Position numbers and translations under genes: made by a program. The notes under the pieces were generated by a model. That model made no database searches. It was not told where the DNA came from and saw only the letters and a list, made by a program, of their open reading frames with translations. A DNA stretch of 64,000 bases from Candidatus Latescibacterota bacterium (lineage in GTDB: Bacteria; Latescibacterota; UBA2968): positions 2,688,001-2,752,000 of the forward strand of contig OZ242195.1 of assembly GCA_965205975.1 (NCBI GenBank), given 5' to 3'. Positions within the stretch are counted from its first letter, which is position 1. Every line of letters begins with the position of its first letter. Positions 19,843-29,258 of this stretch are shown here, in pieces.

Positions 19843-19962
19843 ATGTTTGGCCTTGAAATTCGCAAACCATCCAAAGAAACAGTCATAGGCTTCATCGTCA
19901 CCTGGATCTGTGTGATCGGCATTATATTTCTCACACTGGCCCTCGTCCGCATCGGTGCGTAA
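19843..19962 (+). CDS. 39-aa single-TM protein, not in the ORF track
   Basis: RBS aggagg; MFGLEIRKPSKETVIGFIVTWICVIGIIFLTLALVRIGA; fills the gap between the GH and GNAT genes. Confidence 0.75.
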   Translation: MFGLEIRKPSKETVIGFIVTWICVIGIIFLTLALVRIGA

Positions 19963-19974
19963 AGGACTTATCCC

Positions 19975-20454
19975 ATGATCCGAAAATACCGCCCAGAAGA
20001 CCTCGAAGCCCTCAAAGCAATCACCGTTATCTGCTTTGATGGGGTATCGATTGACCAGAACATCGAAAAAAACTTCGGTCAATTTGCCGACACAGATTGG
20101 AAAGCACGCAAAGCCAAACACATAGACGCGGACGTCGCAGCCAATGCCGACGGCATCTTCGTTTGGGAAGACAACGGCAAAGTCGCGGCCTACATCACCA
20201 CGCGCATTGACCATGAAAGCAAAATAGGCGGCATACCCAACCTCGCCGTCTTGCCCGAATACCAGGGCAAAGGAATCGGCAAAGCATTGATGACAGCCGC
20301 CTTTGACTATTTTGAAGAACAGGGCATGGCCGTGGCAAAAATCGAAACCCTCGACCAGAATCCCGTTGGGCAGAACTTTTATCCGCGCTCGGGCTTTACC
20401 GCAGTCGCCCGACAAATCCACTACGCAATGCCCATGAAAGATCGGAAAGTGTAA
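19975..20454 (+). CDS. GNAT N-acetyltransferase
   Basis: LAVLPEYQGKGIGKAL acetyl-CoA motif. Confidence 0.92.
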   Translation: MIRKYRPEDLEALKAITVICFDGVSIDQNIEKNFGQFADTDWKARKAKHIDADVAANADGIFVWEDNGKVAAYITTRIDHESKIGGIPNLAVLPEYQGKGIGKALMTAAFDYFEEQGMAVAKIETLDQNPVGQNFYPRSGFTAVARQIHYAMPMKDRKV

Positions 20455-20457
20455 AAG

Positions 20458-20527
20458 CGTAAGACGTAAAACGTGAGACGTGAGAGGGGTAGGGCGGTCC
20501 TCTTACCTTTTACGTCTCACCTCTCAC
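20458..20527. terminator. Hairpin built from 7-bp repeats between convergent genes
   Basis: cgtaaga cgtaaaa cgtgaga cgtgaga ... ttttacg tctcacc tctcacc. Confidence 0.55.
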
Positions 20528-21314
20528 CCGCCTTTTGCCACACCGTTGGAAAGTGTTCCCCCCGCAAAATCTCGCCATCTTCCACGGTTACAAATTCCTT
20601 CATCACATGATCGCCACTCGCATCGTAATACGTATCCTGCGTCATATAGTGAATCGCAATCGCGCGTCGGGGTCGCTTGCTGCGATTGTCGTGCGAACCG
20701 TGCCAGGTCAGAGCGTGGTGATAATGCACCTCACCCTTTTTCACCGGCCGGCGCACCACCGATATGGACTGGCCTTCAAACTCCGACGGCATCGCGTCAA
20801 AATCCTTTACCTCCCGCACAAACGCAATCTGATTGCCCCACTTATGCGAACCGGGCACCATACTCATACACCCATTCTCCACATCCACATCGTCCAATGC
20901 CACCCACGCGCTCACCTCTGTCATCGGTCGAATAATCGGCCACAGCGGCGCGTCCTGATGCCATCCGGTCGTTCCCCCAATTTCAGCGGGCTTGTACTGA
21001 ATCTGATCGTGCCAGATACGCAACTCCGTCGCCCCGGTCAACTGCGCCATTTCCTCCACAATCTTCTCTGAATACATCAAATTCTTAAAAGGCTCGCTCG
21101 CTTCCCAAATATTCACAATCTGCCAGACCGGCGCCGAATCATTACCGCCCAAATTGCGCAACAAAACCGGCTGCGACACATCATCGCGATCTTTATTCTC
21201 AATCACCCGGTACAACTCCTCGCGCAACACCTCGACCTGCGCGTCGCCCAGCACCGGGCCCCCATTCAAAAACCCATTCGCGTGAAACTCCGCCACTTGC
21301 TCTTCTGTCAGCAT
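20517..21314 (-). CDS. PhyH-family dioxygenase
   Basis: WHQD, NGCMSMVPGSH, TWHGS...RRA. Confidence 0.9.
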   Translation of the reverse strand: MLTEEQVAEFHANGFLNGGPVLGDAQVEVLREELYRVIENKDRDDVSQPVLLRNLGGNDSAPVWQIVNIWEASEPFKNLMYSEKIVEEMAQLTGATELRIWHDQIQYKPAEIGGTTGWHQDAPLWPIIRPMTEVSAWVALDDVDVENGCMSMVPGSHKWGNQIAFVREVKDFDAMPSEFEGQSISVVRRPVKKGEVHYHHALTWHGSHDNRSKRPRRAIAIHYMTQDTYYDASGDHVMKEFVTVEDGEILRGEHFPTVWQKAGER

Positions 21315-21327
21315 GACTCATCTCCTG

Positions 21328-22560
21328 TCAAACCAAATTCCCCTCTGCCCGGCTATTCCTTCCCACAACAGTAATAGCCTTGTCCATCCCCACACACAAA
21401 TTACCGCTAATCATATTATAGTCACTCTCGCCACTCTCCTCAATACCCTTCAACTGCGTCGGCTTCTCCTGATCGTCTGCACACCGATTGCCCTGCATAA
21501 TCGAATGGGTCAAATCCTGCACACGGATACCGGGATATTTTCCCTTCTCCGCCCGAGAATTGCTCAGCAGCAAATTCCCCGTAATCACCTGCTCATCCCC
21601 TCTATTGGCATCTATCCCACACATCCCATTGTACGAACACACATTATTACTCACAATATTGTGGTGATCCCCCCCATTTGCCACACCGCCAATCCCGTGT
21701 TGCCCATTTTCGGAAAACACGCTATCGCTACACACCGAATGATGCACCCGCGCGCAAAAATAATACCCATCGCCCCCATTCCCCTTCCCGATATTGTGCG
21801 ACCACACACTGCGGGCCAACCCCGTTCCGGGATGAAATCCATGCCCGCGACAACCGTGAGCCTGGCAATGCGCCACCTGGGCATCGCAACCGCGCTGAAT
21901 CCCAAACCCATCGCTGGGCCATCCAAACACCGAACAATTCAGAACCCGCACGCGCTCACACCCCACAATATGCACCGCCGAATACGTAAAATCCCACCAA
22001 TCACCTTCGTAATCCTCAGGCCCCTTAATCGTCAAATCCCGTATCTCAACATCCGTCTCACCCTCTGACCATATACAGGGAAACAGATTCACCACCCGGG
22101 CATTGTCACGCGCCAACAACCGCCGATTAAACGGCACACTCATCCACACGCGATTGCCCACAACCCGCTCAACCTCCCCGTGCGTCCCCCACCACCCCCT
22201 GTGCTTATCGTCGCAAACCCCTATCCCCTCACCCACGCGAAAAGGCGGCTCGGTCTTACAGGTCAACACCCGACCACCCTTGCGAATATCCTTTGACAGA
22301 TACGCCACCTGCAAAGGCCGAATCCGCAACACCGTCGCTGGCCCATCGCCGACCAGACTCACCCGACTGGGTATGTACAGCGTCTTGCGCAAAAGATACG
22401 TACCCGCTGGAATACGCACCCTACCCCCGCTCTCTGGCAAAGATGCAACCGCATCCTCCAAGCCACATGTCATCGACTCCCGATCAAAAAAATCCCCTGC
22501 ATTCACCTCATCTCGCGGCGCATCGGGCAATGGAATCTCTCTCGCTGGCATAGCAGGCAT
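21328..22560 (-). CDS. Right-handed parallel beta-helix (pectate-lyase-like) protein
   Basis: GGRVRIPAGTY start followed by repeated NxxxxNGxxGI rungs. Confidence 0.8.
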   Translation of the reverse strand: MPAMPAREIPLPDAPRDEVNAGDFFDRESMTCGLEDAVASLPESGGRVRIPAGTYLLRKTLYIPSRVSLVGDGPATVLRIRPLQVAYLSKDIRKGGRVLTCKTEPPFRVGEGIGVCDDKHRGWWGTHGEVERVVGNRVWMSVPFNRRLLARDNARVVNLFPCIWSEGETDVEIRDLTIKGPEDYEGDWWDFTYSAVHIVGCERVRVLNCSVFGWPSDGFGIQRGCDAQVAHCQAHGCRGHGFHPGTGLARSVWSHNIGKGNGGDGYYFCARVHHSVCSDSVFSENGQHGIGGVANGGDHHNIVSNNVCSYNGMCGIDANRGDEQVITGNLLLSNSRAEKGKYPGIRVQDLTHSIMQGNRCADDQEKPTQLKGIEESGESDYNMISGNLCVGMDKAITVVGRNSRAEGNLV

Positions 22561-22580
22561 AATATCCTCCTCCTGATTGT

Positions 22581-22683
22581 TTTAAGCACTCTCCAAAAAC
22601 ACCGTCGTATCCGCCTTTCATCTGTGTCTATCTGCGTTCATCTGCGGATGACATGTCTTTAAGCACTCTCCAAAAACACCGTC
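22581..22683. repeat. 26-bp direct repeat flanking a 51-bp insert
   Basis: tttaagcactctccaaaaacaccgtc at 22581-22606 and 22658-22683. Confidence 0.92.
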
Positions 22684-23396
22684 ACCCCCATATCGGCGTA
22701 TTTCTCGCGCGTATCCGGCGTGCGGTTGCGATGACAGACCGCTACGCCAGTCCCTTCCAAAGACCTGCACAAATACGCGATCGTATCATCCACAGACTTC
22801 AACCAGTGTTGCGGATGTGCCTTAATGCTCATAGACAAATCCGTCGGACCCATCGACAGACAATCCACACCCGCCTTCGCGAGCAAATGCCCGCGCGTTG
22901 CGGCCTCTACCGACTCAATTTGCAACCACAAAACCCCAAAGCTATTCCACCAATCGGCGTACTCCTCCGGAGTTTTATCTTCCGCGCCTCGCCGATGTCC
23001 CCCGCCAAAACTGCGCCCACCAGCCGGCGGATAATAAAAATAGTGCAACGCATCATCAACCGTCTCTTCCAACTCAGTCTGCGGAATCTCGATCCCGCAT
23101 GGACCCAAATCGAGATAATTGCCAATCAAATAGGCATTGCGCGTGTGTTTGATCCGAAACTGCACGAACACATCGCGCTCGGCAGCCATATCGCAAAACG
23201 CAGCAATGCGCTCCTCGCTCAACGGCGTATGCTGGCTGTCAATAGACACGAAATCGTAATCATCTTTATCCATAATCTGATCGAATCGATCCGGCGGTGT
23301 ATTCGGTGCCATAGACACGCCAATAATGCGTTCACCATTGCGGTATTTCTGTTTCAGTCCAATTGCGTTTTCAAACATAATTATCTCCTCTCCCAT
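22659..23396 (-). CDS. HpcH/HpaI-family aldolase
   Basis: FVSIDSQH, LDLGP, QIES, GPTDLS. Confidence 0.85.
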   Translation of the reverse strand: MGEEIIMFENAIGLKQKYRNGERIIGVSMAPNTPPDRFDQIMDKDDYDFVSIDSQHTPLSEERIAAFCDMAAERDVFVQFRIKHTRNAYLIGNYLDLGPCGIEIPQTELEETVDDALHYFYYPPAGGRSFGGGHRRGAEDKTPEEYADWWNSFGVLWLQIESVEAATRGHLLAKAGVDCLSMGPTDLSMSIKAHPQHWLKSVDDTIAYLCRSLEGTGVAVCHRNRTPDTREKYADMGVTVFLESA

Positions 23397-24625
23397 TCTC
23401 GAAGCTTATCTGCATTCTCGCGCACCTTGACAAATGCGCGCGACATATCCCGCATCCGCGTTTCAGAAGCCAGCAAAGCCCTCTGGCTTATCGACAGCCG
23501 CTCCTTGCAATACTGCTCGACCTTTGGCAGGTGCAACGAGCGATAATCCTGCGCCGCATCTGTCCACGCAAAAGGCGTGTAATCGCGGGCTTTCCAATCC
23601 TCTTGAAAAACCGGATGTTTGTACACCGGCGTCTCGTATCCCGTACTCACCGGCACCCCTTCAGCGCGTATCGCCCTGACAAATGCATCGCGAGAAACGC
23701 CATCAAACGCCTCGGATAAATACCGCGCACCATACACATGCCAGTTGACCCGGGTTGCATCTTCCAACCTGTGAATCGGCTCAATACCCTCAACCTCCGA
23801 CAACGTGCGCGTCAACATCGCCCCATTTTGTTCGCGGATCTCCGTATGCTCGGGAATGCGCTTCAACTGGCACAATAAAACCGCAGCGACAAATTCCGTC
23901 ATCCGGTGGTTCCCGCCCCATTGTCGGGATTCCTCCGTACGACCATACCGCGACCGCCCCACATTGACCGCACAGCCAATCGCATCGGCAGTTGCCTCGT
24001 CATTGGTCAGGGCAATGCCCCCATCTCCTCCCGTCATATTTTTGCTCTGCTGAAAAGAAAACCCCGAAGCCAGTCCCCAACTGCCCAGCCCACGATCTCT
24101 ATAAGTCGATCCCCACCCGTGCGCCGCATCTTCTAAAATCGCGAGATTGTGTCGCTCGGCAATATCCAGCAACCGCTGGAGATCACACGCCAACCCACCA
24201 AAATGCACCGGCATAATCCCCTTCGTGCGATCTGTAATAAGGCTCTCGACCTCCGCCACATCGAGATTATTGGTATCCGGATCTATATCGCAAAAAACAA
24301 CCGTAGCACCTGCTTTTAGAATCCCCGAACACGTACCGATAAATGTATAGGCACTCGTAATCACCTCATCGCCTACACCAATACCCGCCCCGCGACAAAT
24401 CATCTCCAGAGCCACCGTGCCGCCCGTACACGCGATCCCGTATTTCGCATCTTGAAATGCCGCAAATGTCTCTTCAAACTCCTGGCACTTCGAGGAATTG
24501 TACCACGCCCGACTCTCCAGCACTTCAACAAGCGCATCTCTTTCGGCCACATCGTACATCGGCCACAAAATATCATCCTTCTCTTTAACCTCACGCTCGC
24601 CACCCAGCAGTGCTAACTCTGCCAT
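23381..24625 (-). CDS. DegT/DnrJ/EryC1/StrS aminotransferase
   Basis: GDEVIT, MPVHFGG, EDAAH, FSFQQSKNMTGGDGG. Confidence 0.92.
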   Translation of the reverse strand: MAELALLGGEREVKEKDDILWPMYDVAERDALVEVLESRAWYNSSKCQEFEETFAAFQDAKYGIACTGGTVALEMICRGAGIGVGDEVITSAYTFIGTCSGILKAGATVVFCDIDPDTNNLDVAEVESLITDRTKGIMPVHFGGLACDLQRLLDIAERHNLAILEDAAHGWGSTYRDRGLGSWGLASGFSFQQSKNMTGGDGGIALTNDEATADAIGCAVNVGRSRYGRTEESRQWGGNHRMTEFVAAVLLCQLKRIPEHTEIREQNGAMLTRTLSEVEGIEPIHRLEDATRVNWHVYGARYLSEAFDGVSRDAFVRAIRAEGVPVSTGYETPVYKHPVFQEDWKARDYTPFAWTDAAQDYRSLHLPKVEQYCKERLSISQRALLASETRMRDMSRAFVKVRENADKLREWERR

Positions 24626-24639
24626 ATTTCCCTCCTTGA

Positions 24640-25128
24640 TCAATCCCGCTGCAAACATTCGACCAGCAGGTCCAATGCTTCGCGGGCAAACACCTCCATA
24701 TTTTCACCCCGGTTCTCGCTACCCGTTGCGATCGCAATCGCTTGCTCGGTATCTGGTCCCACAACGCCGATACACGTATGACCGGGCGGATCGCCATACC
24801 GATTTCCCGTCGGACCAGCCGCGCCCGTCTCGCCGATACCCCAGTCTGCCCCCAAACGTTCGCGCGCAGCGCGTGCCAGATGCAGTGCATGCGTTTTTGT
24901 CGCAGCCCTCGCCTCGCCCATTGCCGCATCGGAAACAGCCATCAATATCTGCTTTGAGTCACCCGTATAACACACCCCACCACCCCTGAAATAAGCCGAA
25001 GCCCCCGGCACAGCCAAAAGAGTTGCTGAAATGATTCCCCCAGCCGATGACTCCGCCACCGCCACAGTCTGCCCCTTTTCTTTTAACAACGCACCCACAT
25101 CTACGGCCATTGTCTTAAAATCCGCCAT
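24640..25128 (-). CDS. CinA C-terminal/PncC-family protein
   Basis: VAVAESSAGG...PGASAYF...GETGAAGP. Confidence 0.85.
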   Translation of the reverse strand: MADFKTMAVDVGALLKEKGQTVAVAESSAGGIISATLLAVPGASAYFRGGGVCYTGDSKQILMAVSDAAMGEARAATKTHALHLARAARERLGADWGIGETGAAGPTGNRYGDPPGHTCIGVVGPDTEQAIAIATGSENRGENMEVFAREALDLLVECLQRD

Positions 25129-25153
25129 ATTAAACCTCTGCATGTTTGGGTAA

Positions 25154-26929
25154 TTATTCGCCTTCCTCTTTTGACCTTCTATCTCCCACCGGAGCCTCAA
25201 CGCGAACCGTTACAATATCCGCATCGTGATATTGCTGGTGGCGCACAGACGACGTGAAATGCTGAAGCAATCGCAGCGAGATTTCATGTTCGACCGGCAT
25301 CTCGTCTGTATGTTCTCTGAGATAGGCCATACGGTCCTCGATATTTTCCTCACCAGTCGAAGCGATAAACTCGAGTTCCGCGCCATTACCGCCATCGCTG
25401 CGCACAATTAGAAGCAGGCGTTTTCCCGCTGGTTCGCCCTCCCCTTGCTGAATGAGAATCAGAAGGGTTTCTTCGGCAGACAGACAGAGACGATTCGTCA
25501 TCTCGGCATCCCACCCCCTGCGCGAGGCGAACTTTTCGAGAAATGCCACAATCTCTGGCAAAACCTCGACAGTGAGCGCCGTCTCAATGCGCTGCCGGCG
25601 CGGTGCTGTCAACTCCATAAACAGCGTCAGGAAAATCGCTGTGAGACCGCCAGCCGTCATCCCATTGCCGAGCAGCGCTCCCCACCACTCTCCGAGATAT
25701 TCCGCAAAAATGGCCTGATCCTGAAACCCCACGCCAATCCAGAATGCGACGCCCGCGATCATCGCCTTGCGATAATCTACCCCATCCTGGACGATAATCC
25801 GCATACCCACAACAAAGAGAAGTGCCAGCAGCACCGTCACATAGGCTCCGACCACGGGATTGGGGATTGCCAGCAGAAGTGCCGACACCTTGGGAATAAA
25901 GGACGCCACCACAAATACGATGCCAATACACACACCGACGCCGCGTGCGGCAACGCCGGTGAGTTCCGTGATTGAAACACTTGACGAGTAGGTCGTATTT
26001 GGAACTGTCCCCGCAATACCAGAAAGCAAGTTGCCCACGCCATCTGCGGTAACTGCGCCCTGCACCGCTCGAAAATCGGGCGCGCGAGGCGTACGCCACG
26101 AAACCTTCTGGATCGCGATAGCATCCCCTATTGTTTCGATAGCACCGACCAGAGTCACAAATATAAAGGCGGGAAGAAGCGACCAGAAAACAGGACCAAA
26201 GCTGAGGTCAAAACCCGGCCAACCGCCCGCTTCGGGAAAACCTATCCATGGAGCATCAATAACGCGCTGGATGTCGTACAGCCCAAAAAATGAGGAGACA
26301 ACACATCCCACAACGATTCCGATAATCGGCACCCAAAGACGCCACATACCCGAAACCCGCAGCGCGAGCACGACCACGACGAACAGCGTTGCAATAGTAC
26401 ATGTGGGCGCGGCAGCCGAGGGCGTTCCTTCGGGCACATCCGCCAACATATCAAAGACAATCGGCATAACGGTCACCGCGATCAACATGATCACCGTTCC
26501 CGCCACGGTTGGCGTAATGATTCGCCGCAACAACGAGAGCCGCGTCGAGAGCGCAAATTGGAACAACGACGAAATGATGACCAGGGTTGCGAGCATTGCC
26601 GGACCGCCCTGGGCAAGTGCCGTCACGCAAACCGCGATAAAAGCACCAGAAGTGCCCATAAGAAGGATGTAGCCAGCACCAATACGTCCAACGCGCACAG
26701 CCTGCATCACTGTGGTCAACCCGCTGACCAAAAGCGCGGCAAAAACCGCCCACGACAAATAAGGCTCGCCCCCACCCGCGGCCCTCACCACGATGACAGG
26801 CGTGATCACAATGCCCGCAATACAGAGCATGGCAGCCTGAAAACCGAGTGCGAAAGTAATGGTATTTGGAGGCCGCTCATTGGGTTCGTAAAGCACACTC
26901 TGATCGCGGCGGTCAGTCTCAGATTGCAT
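25154..26929 (-). CDS. NCS2 xanthine/uracil permease with a C-terminal soluble domain
   Basis: IETIGD, PNTTYSSSV..ELTGVAAR, IPNPVVG; roughly 150-aa C-terminal extension. Confidence 0.88.
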   Translation of the reverse strand: MQSETDRRDQSVLYEPNERPPNTITFALGFQAAMLCIAGIVITPVIVVRAAGGGEPYLSWAVFAALLVSGLTTVMQAVRVGRIGAGYILLMGTSGAFIAVCVTALAQGGPAMLATLVIISSLFQFALSTRLSLLRRIITPTVAGTVIMLIAVTVMPIVFDMLADVPEGTPSAAAPTCTIATLFVVVVLALRVSGMWRLWVPIIGIVVGCVVSSFFGLYDIQRVIDAPWIGFPEAGGWPGFDLSFGPVFWSLLPAFIFVTLVGAIETIGDAIAIQKVSWRTPRAPDFRAVQGAVTADGVGNLLSGIAGTVPNTTYSSSVSITELTGVAARGVGVCIGIVFVVASFIPKVSALLLAIPNPVVGAYVTVLLALLFVVGMRIIVQDGVDYRKAMIAGVAFWIGVGFQDQAIFAEYLGEWWGALLGNGMTAGGLTAIFLTLFMELTAPRRQRIETALTVEVLPEIVAFLEKFASRRGWDAEMTNRLCLSAEETLLILIQQGEGEPAGKRLLLIVRSDGGNGAELEFIASTGEENIEDRMAYLREHTDEMPVEHEISLRLLQHFTSSVRHQQYHDADIVTVRVEAPVGDRRSKEEGE

Positions 26930-26991
26930 CGTTCAAATCCTTTCATAGTTGTAAGACGAATCAACGATAGCAGTTGGGTGGTTGGGCGGGG

Positions 26992-27019
26992 TTCGTCTAT
27001 TCGTCTATTCGTCTATTCG
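26992..27019. repeat. (TTCGTCTA)n microsatellite, about 3.5 copies
   Basis: Read directly from sequence; same unit as 41208. Confidence 0.9.
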
Positions 27020-27025
27020 CGCTTT

Positions 27026-28024
27026 TTATTTTAGCAACTCATCGCCATAAGCAAATAGCGCAGGTGTCCCACCCGTATGCACAAACACAACCGTCTGATC
27101 CCTGCGATACCATCCCTCGCGGATATGCTCAATCATTGCACCATACGTTTTGCCCGCATAAACGGGATCGAGCAACAACCCTTCAGTTTGCGCGGCCAAC
27201 AACACGGCCTCTCGCGCTCCAGGCGTCAGGACCCCATAAGCCGGTCCCGCGTATTTGCCATAACTCTCAAAATCATCTGCAGTAAAATTCAGATCCAAAT
27301 TCAGAATTTTGCACACCTCATTCGCAACCTCGGCGAGTTGCACATTCTTTTTTTCATCGTCTTGTGGACTTGGACTTATGCCAATAATCCGCACATCAAC
27401 ACCCAGTGCTCTTGCCCCAACGACAAGCCCAGTATGCGTATGCACGCCTGCACACACATATATCGCATCGGGTATCACATCCATCGCCTGCATCTGTTCC
27501 CACAATTCCAAAAAACCATCCACATAAGACACGCTGCGATAATAATACCCATCCGAACTCGTATTATAGACCCTGTGTCCATCGGCCTTTAACTTCTCGA
27601 CAACAGCTACCTTCTCCTGCTCGCTCTCTATCAAATGCACCTCTGCGCCAAACAGATGCGTAAGCAACAAATTGCCATTCACGGGATCTGCATGGTCATC
27701 CTTGCGCCCCACCATCACCGCCTTCAGACCCAACCTCGCCGCAACCGCTGCAGTCAACCGCGATTGATTCGACTGCGACGCCGCGCCGTGGAGCAACACA
27801 TCATACCCTTCATCCACAGCGGGTGCTACGGAATATTCAAACTCGCGCACCTTATTCCCCCCAAATGCCAACCCCGTCTGATCCTCGCGCTTAACCAAAA
27901 TACGCGGTCCACCCAACTTCTCTGCCAACCTCGGGCAATCCATCAACGGCGTGGGCAAATCGGCAAGCGACAATCGGCTGCACATTCCCAACGCCTCTCG
28001 AATCTCTCGAATCGAATAGCTCAA
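27026..28024 (-). CDS. D-cysteine desulfhydrase/ACC deaminase family PLP enzyme
   Basis: KREDQTGLAFGGNKVR, QSNQSR, LLDPVYAGK, HTGG. Confidence 0.9.
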   Translation of the reverse strand: MSYSIREIREALGMCSRLSLADLPTPLMDCPRLAEKLGGPRILVKREDQTGLAFGGNKVREFEYSVAPAVDEGYDVLLHGAASQSNQSRLTAAVAARLGLKAVMVGRKDDHADPVNGNLLLTHLFGAEVHLIESEQEKVAVVEKLKADGHRVYNTSSDGYYYRSVSYVDGFLELWEQMQAMDVIPDAIYVCAGVHTHTGLVVGARALGVDVRIIGISPSPQDDEKKNVQLAEVANEVCKILNLDLNFTADDFESYGKYAGPAYGVLTPGAREAVLLAAQTEGLLLDPVYAGKTYGAMIEHIREGWYRRDQTVVFVHTGGTPALFAYGDELLK

Positions 28025-28041
28025 GGGTATCGCTCCTCTTT

Positions 28042-29088
28042 TTAATTTTCTATCTCCACCGCCTGAAGCAGCGCTTTAATAAAGCCAAATTGAAAGGCAA
28101 ATGCCTGTTCGAAATGCCCTTGCGCAGTGTGGCCGGGCGCGTGATCGGGAACGATCATGTGCGGATAGCCCACTTCCTTGAGCGCTTTCATCAGCACAAA
28201 CATATTCATATCGCCCTCGTCCGGATAAACCTCCTGAAACTTGTTGCGCCCACCCGTGATATTGCGAAAATGGATGAGGTGAATTTTTTTTCGCCTCCCA
28301 AAATAGCGAATAATATCGGCCACCTCATTGCGCGGATCCACAACGCTCTCCGCCATACAACCGAGGCACAGATTGAGACCATGGTAAGGACTTGGACAAA
28401 TATCGATAAAACTCTTGAACCCATCGTATCCACCCAACACGCGATCAACACTCTTGTAACCGGGCGGCAACCAGGGGTCGCACGGGTGACAGGCCATACG
28501 CACTTTGCATTCGGTAGCAACGGGAATAACGCGCTCCAAAAAGAAAGTAATATTTTCCCAATTCTGTTCCGCGGTAACCGGTTCATCATACCGCGGCGTA
28601 TCCACATCGGCCTTAGACAAATCCCATGTGGAATAGCGCACACCCCCTCGCCCGAGCGGAACGCTTTCCGTGCGTTGATTTTCCATTTCGCAAAGAAAAT
28701 ACTTCAGCGCGGGAATACCCGCATCTGCGGCAGCGCGCACCATATCGCAGGCAATCTCGATTTCTTTTTCGCCATCCTTCATATTCCCGCGCATAAACTC
28801 GGGCACAAAACTACCATCGACATTGAGATGTTGCACCGGCAATGCCACCATTTCCACGGTAATACCGTGTTTTGCTGCTTTCTCTTTCTTTTCCACGATC
28901 TCTTCCACTGTCCAGCCGCGACTGGGATCTGGCGTAACTTCCCTGGCATCGTTAATCGCCATATTTGTAACGCCACACCGCGCGAGAAATTCGAGATGCT
29001 CATCCGATGTGGAAAAACGCTGTGTACCAATATGCATGCGCGGGTTTTCCGGATCCCATTCTGCGCCTGCATACATTCCGGCTGCCAT
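28042..29088 (-). CDS. Mannonate dehydratase (UxuA) family protein
   Basis: ACHPCDP, IHFRN, DEGDMNM, PDHAP. Confidence 0.85.
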   Translation of the reverse strand: MAAGMYAGAEWDPENPRMHIGTQRFSTSDEHLEFLARCGVTNMAINDAREVTPDPSRGWTVEEIVEKKEKAAKHGITVEMVALPVQHLNVDGSFVPEFMRGNMKDGEKEIEIACDMVRAAADAGIPALKYFLCEMENQRTESVPLGRGGVRYSTWDLSKADVDTPRYDEPVTAEQNWENITFFLERVIPVATECKVRMACHPCDPWLPPGYKSVDRVLGGYDGFKSFIDICPSPYHGLNLCLGCMAESVVDPRNEVADIIRYFGRRKKIHLIHFRNITGGRNKFQEVYPDEGDMNMFVLMKALKEVGYPHMIVPDHAPGHTAQGHFEQAFAFQFGFIKALLQAVEIEN

Positions 29089-29258
29089 GGTAATTCTCCT
29101 GTAATTTTTAAATTTAAATGAACTGCGACCCGTTGTACACAATTTGTCATGATAATGCAAGAAATTCTGGATAGCAACATGATTGGGGATTGTGAGAGGT
29201 GTAAAATTGTGGTATCTTCTCACTTCCTCAAGCCCACCCCTATAAACAGGAGCTTGTT

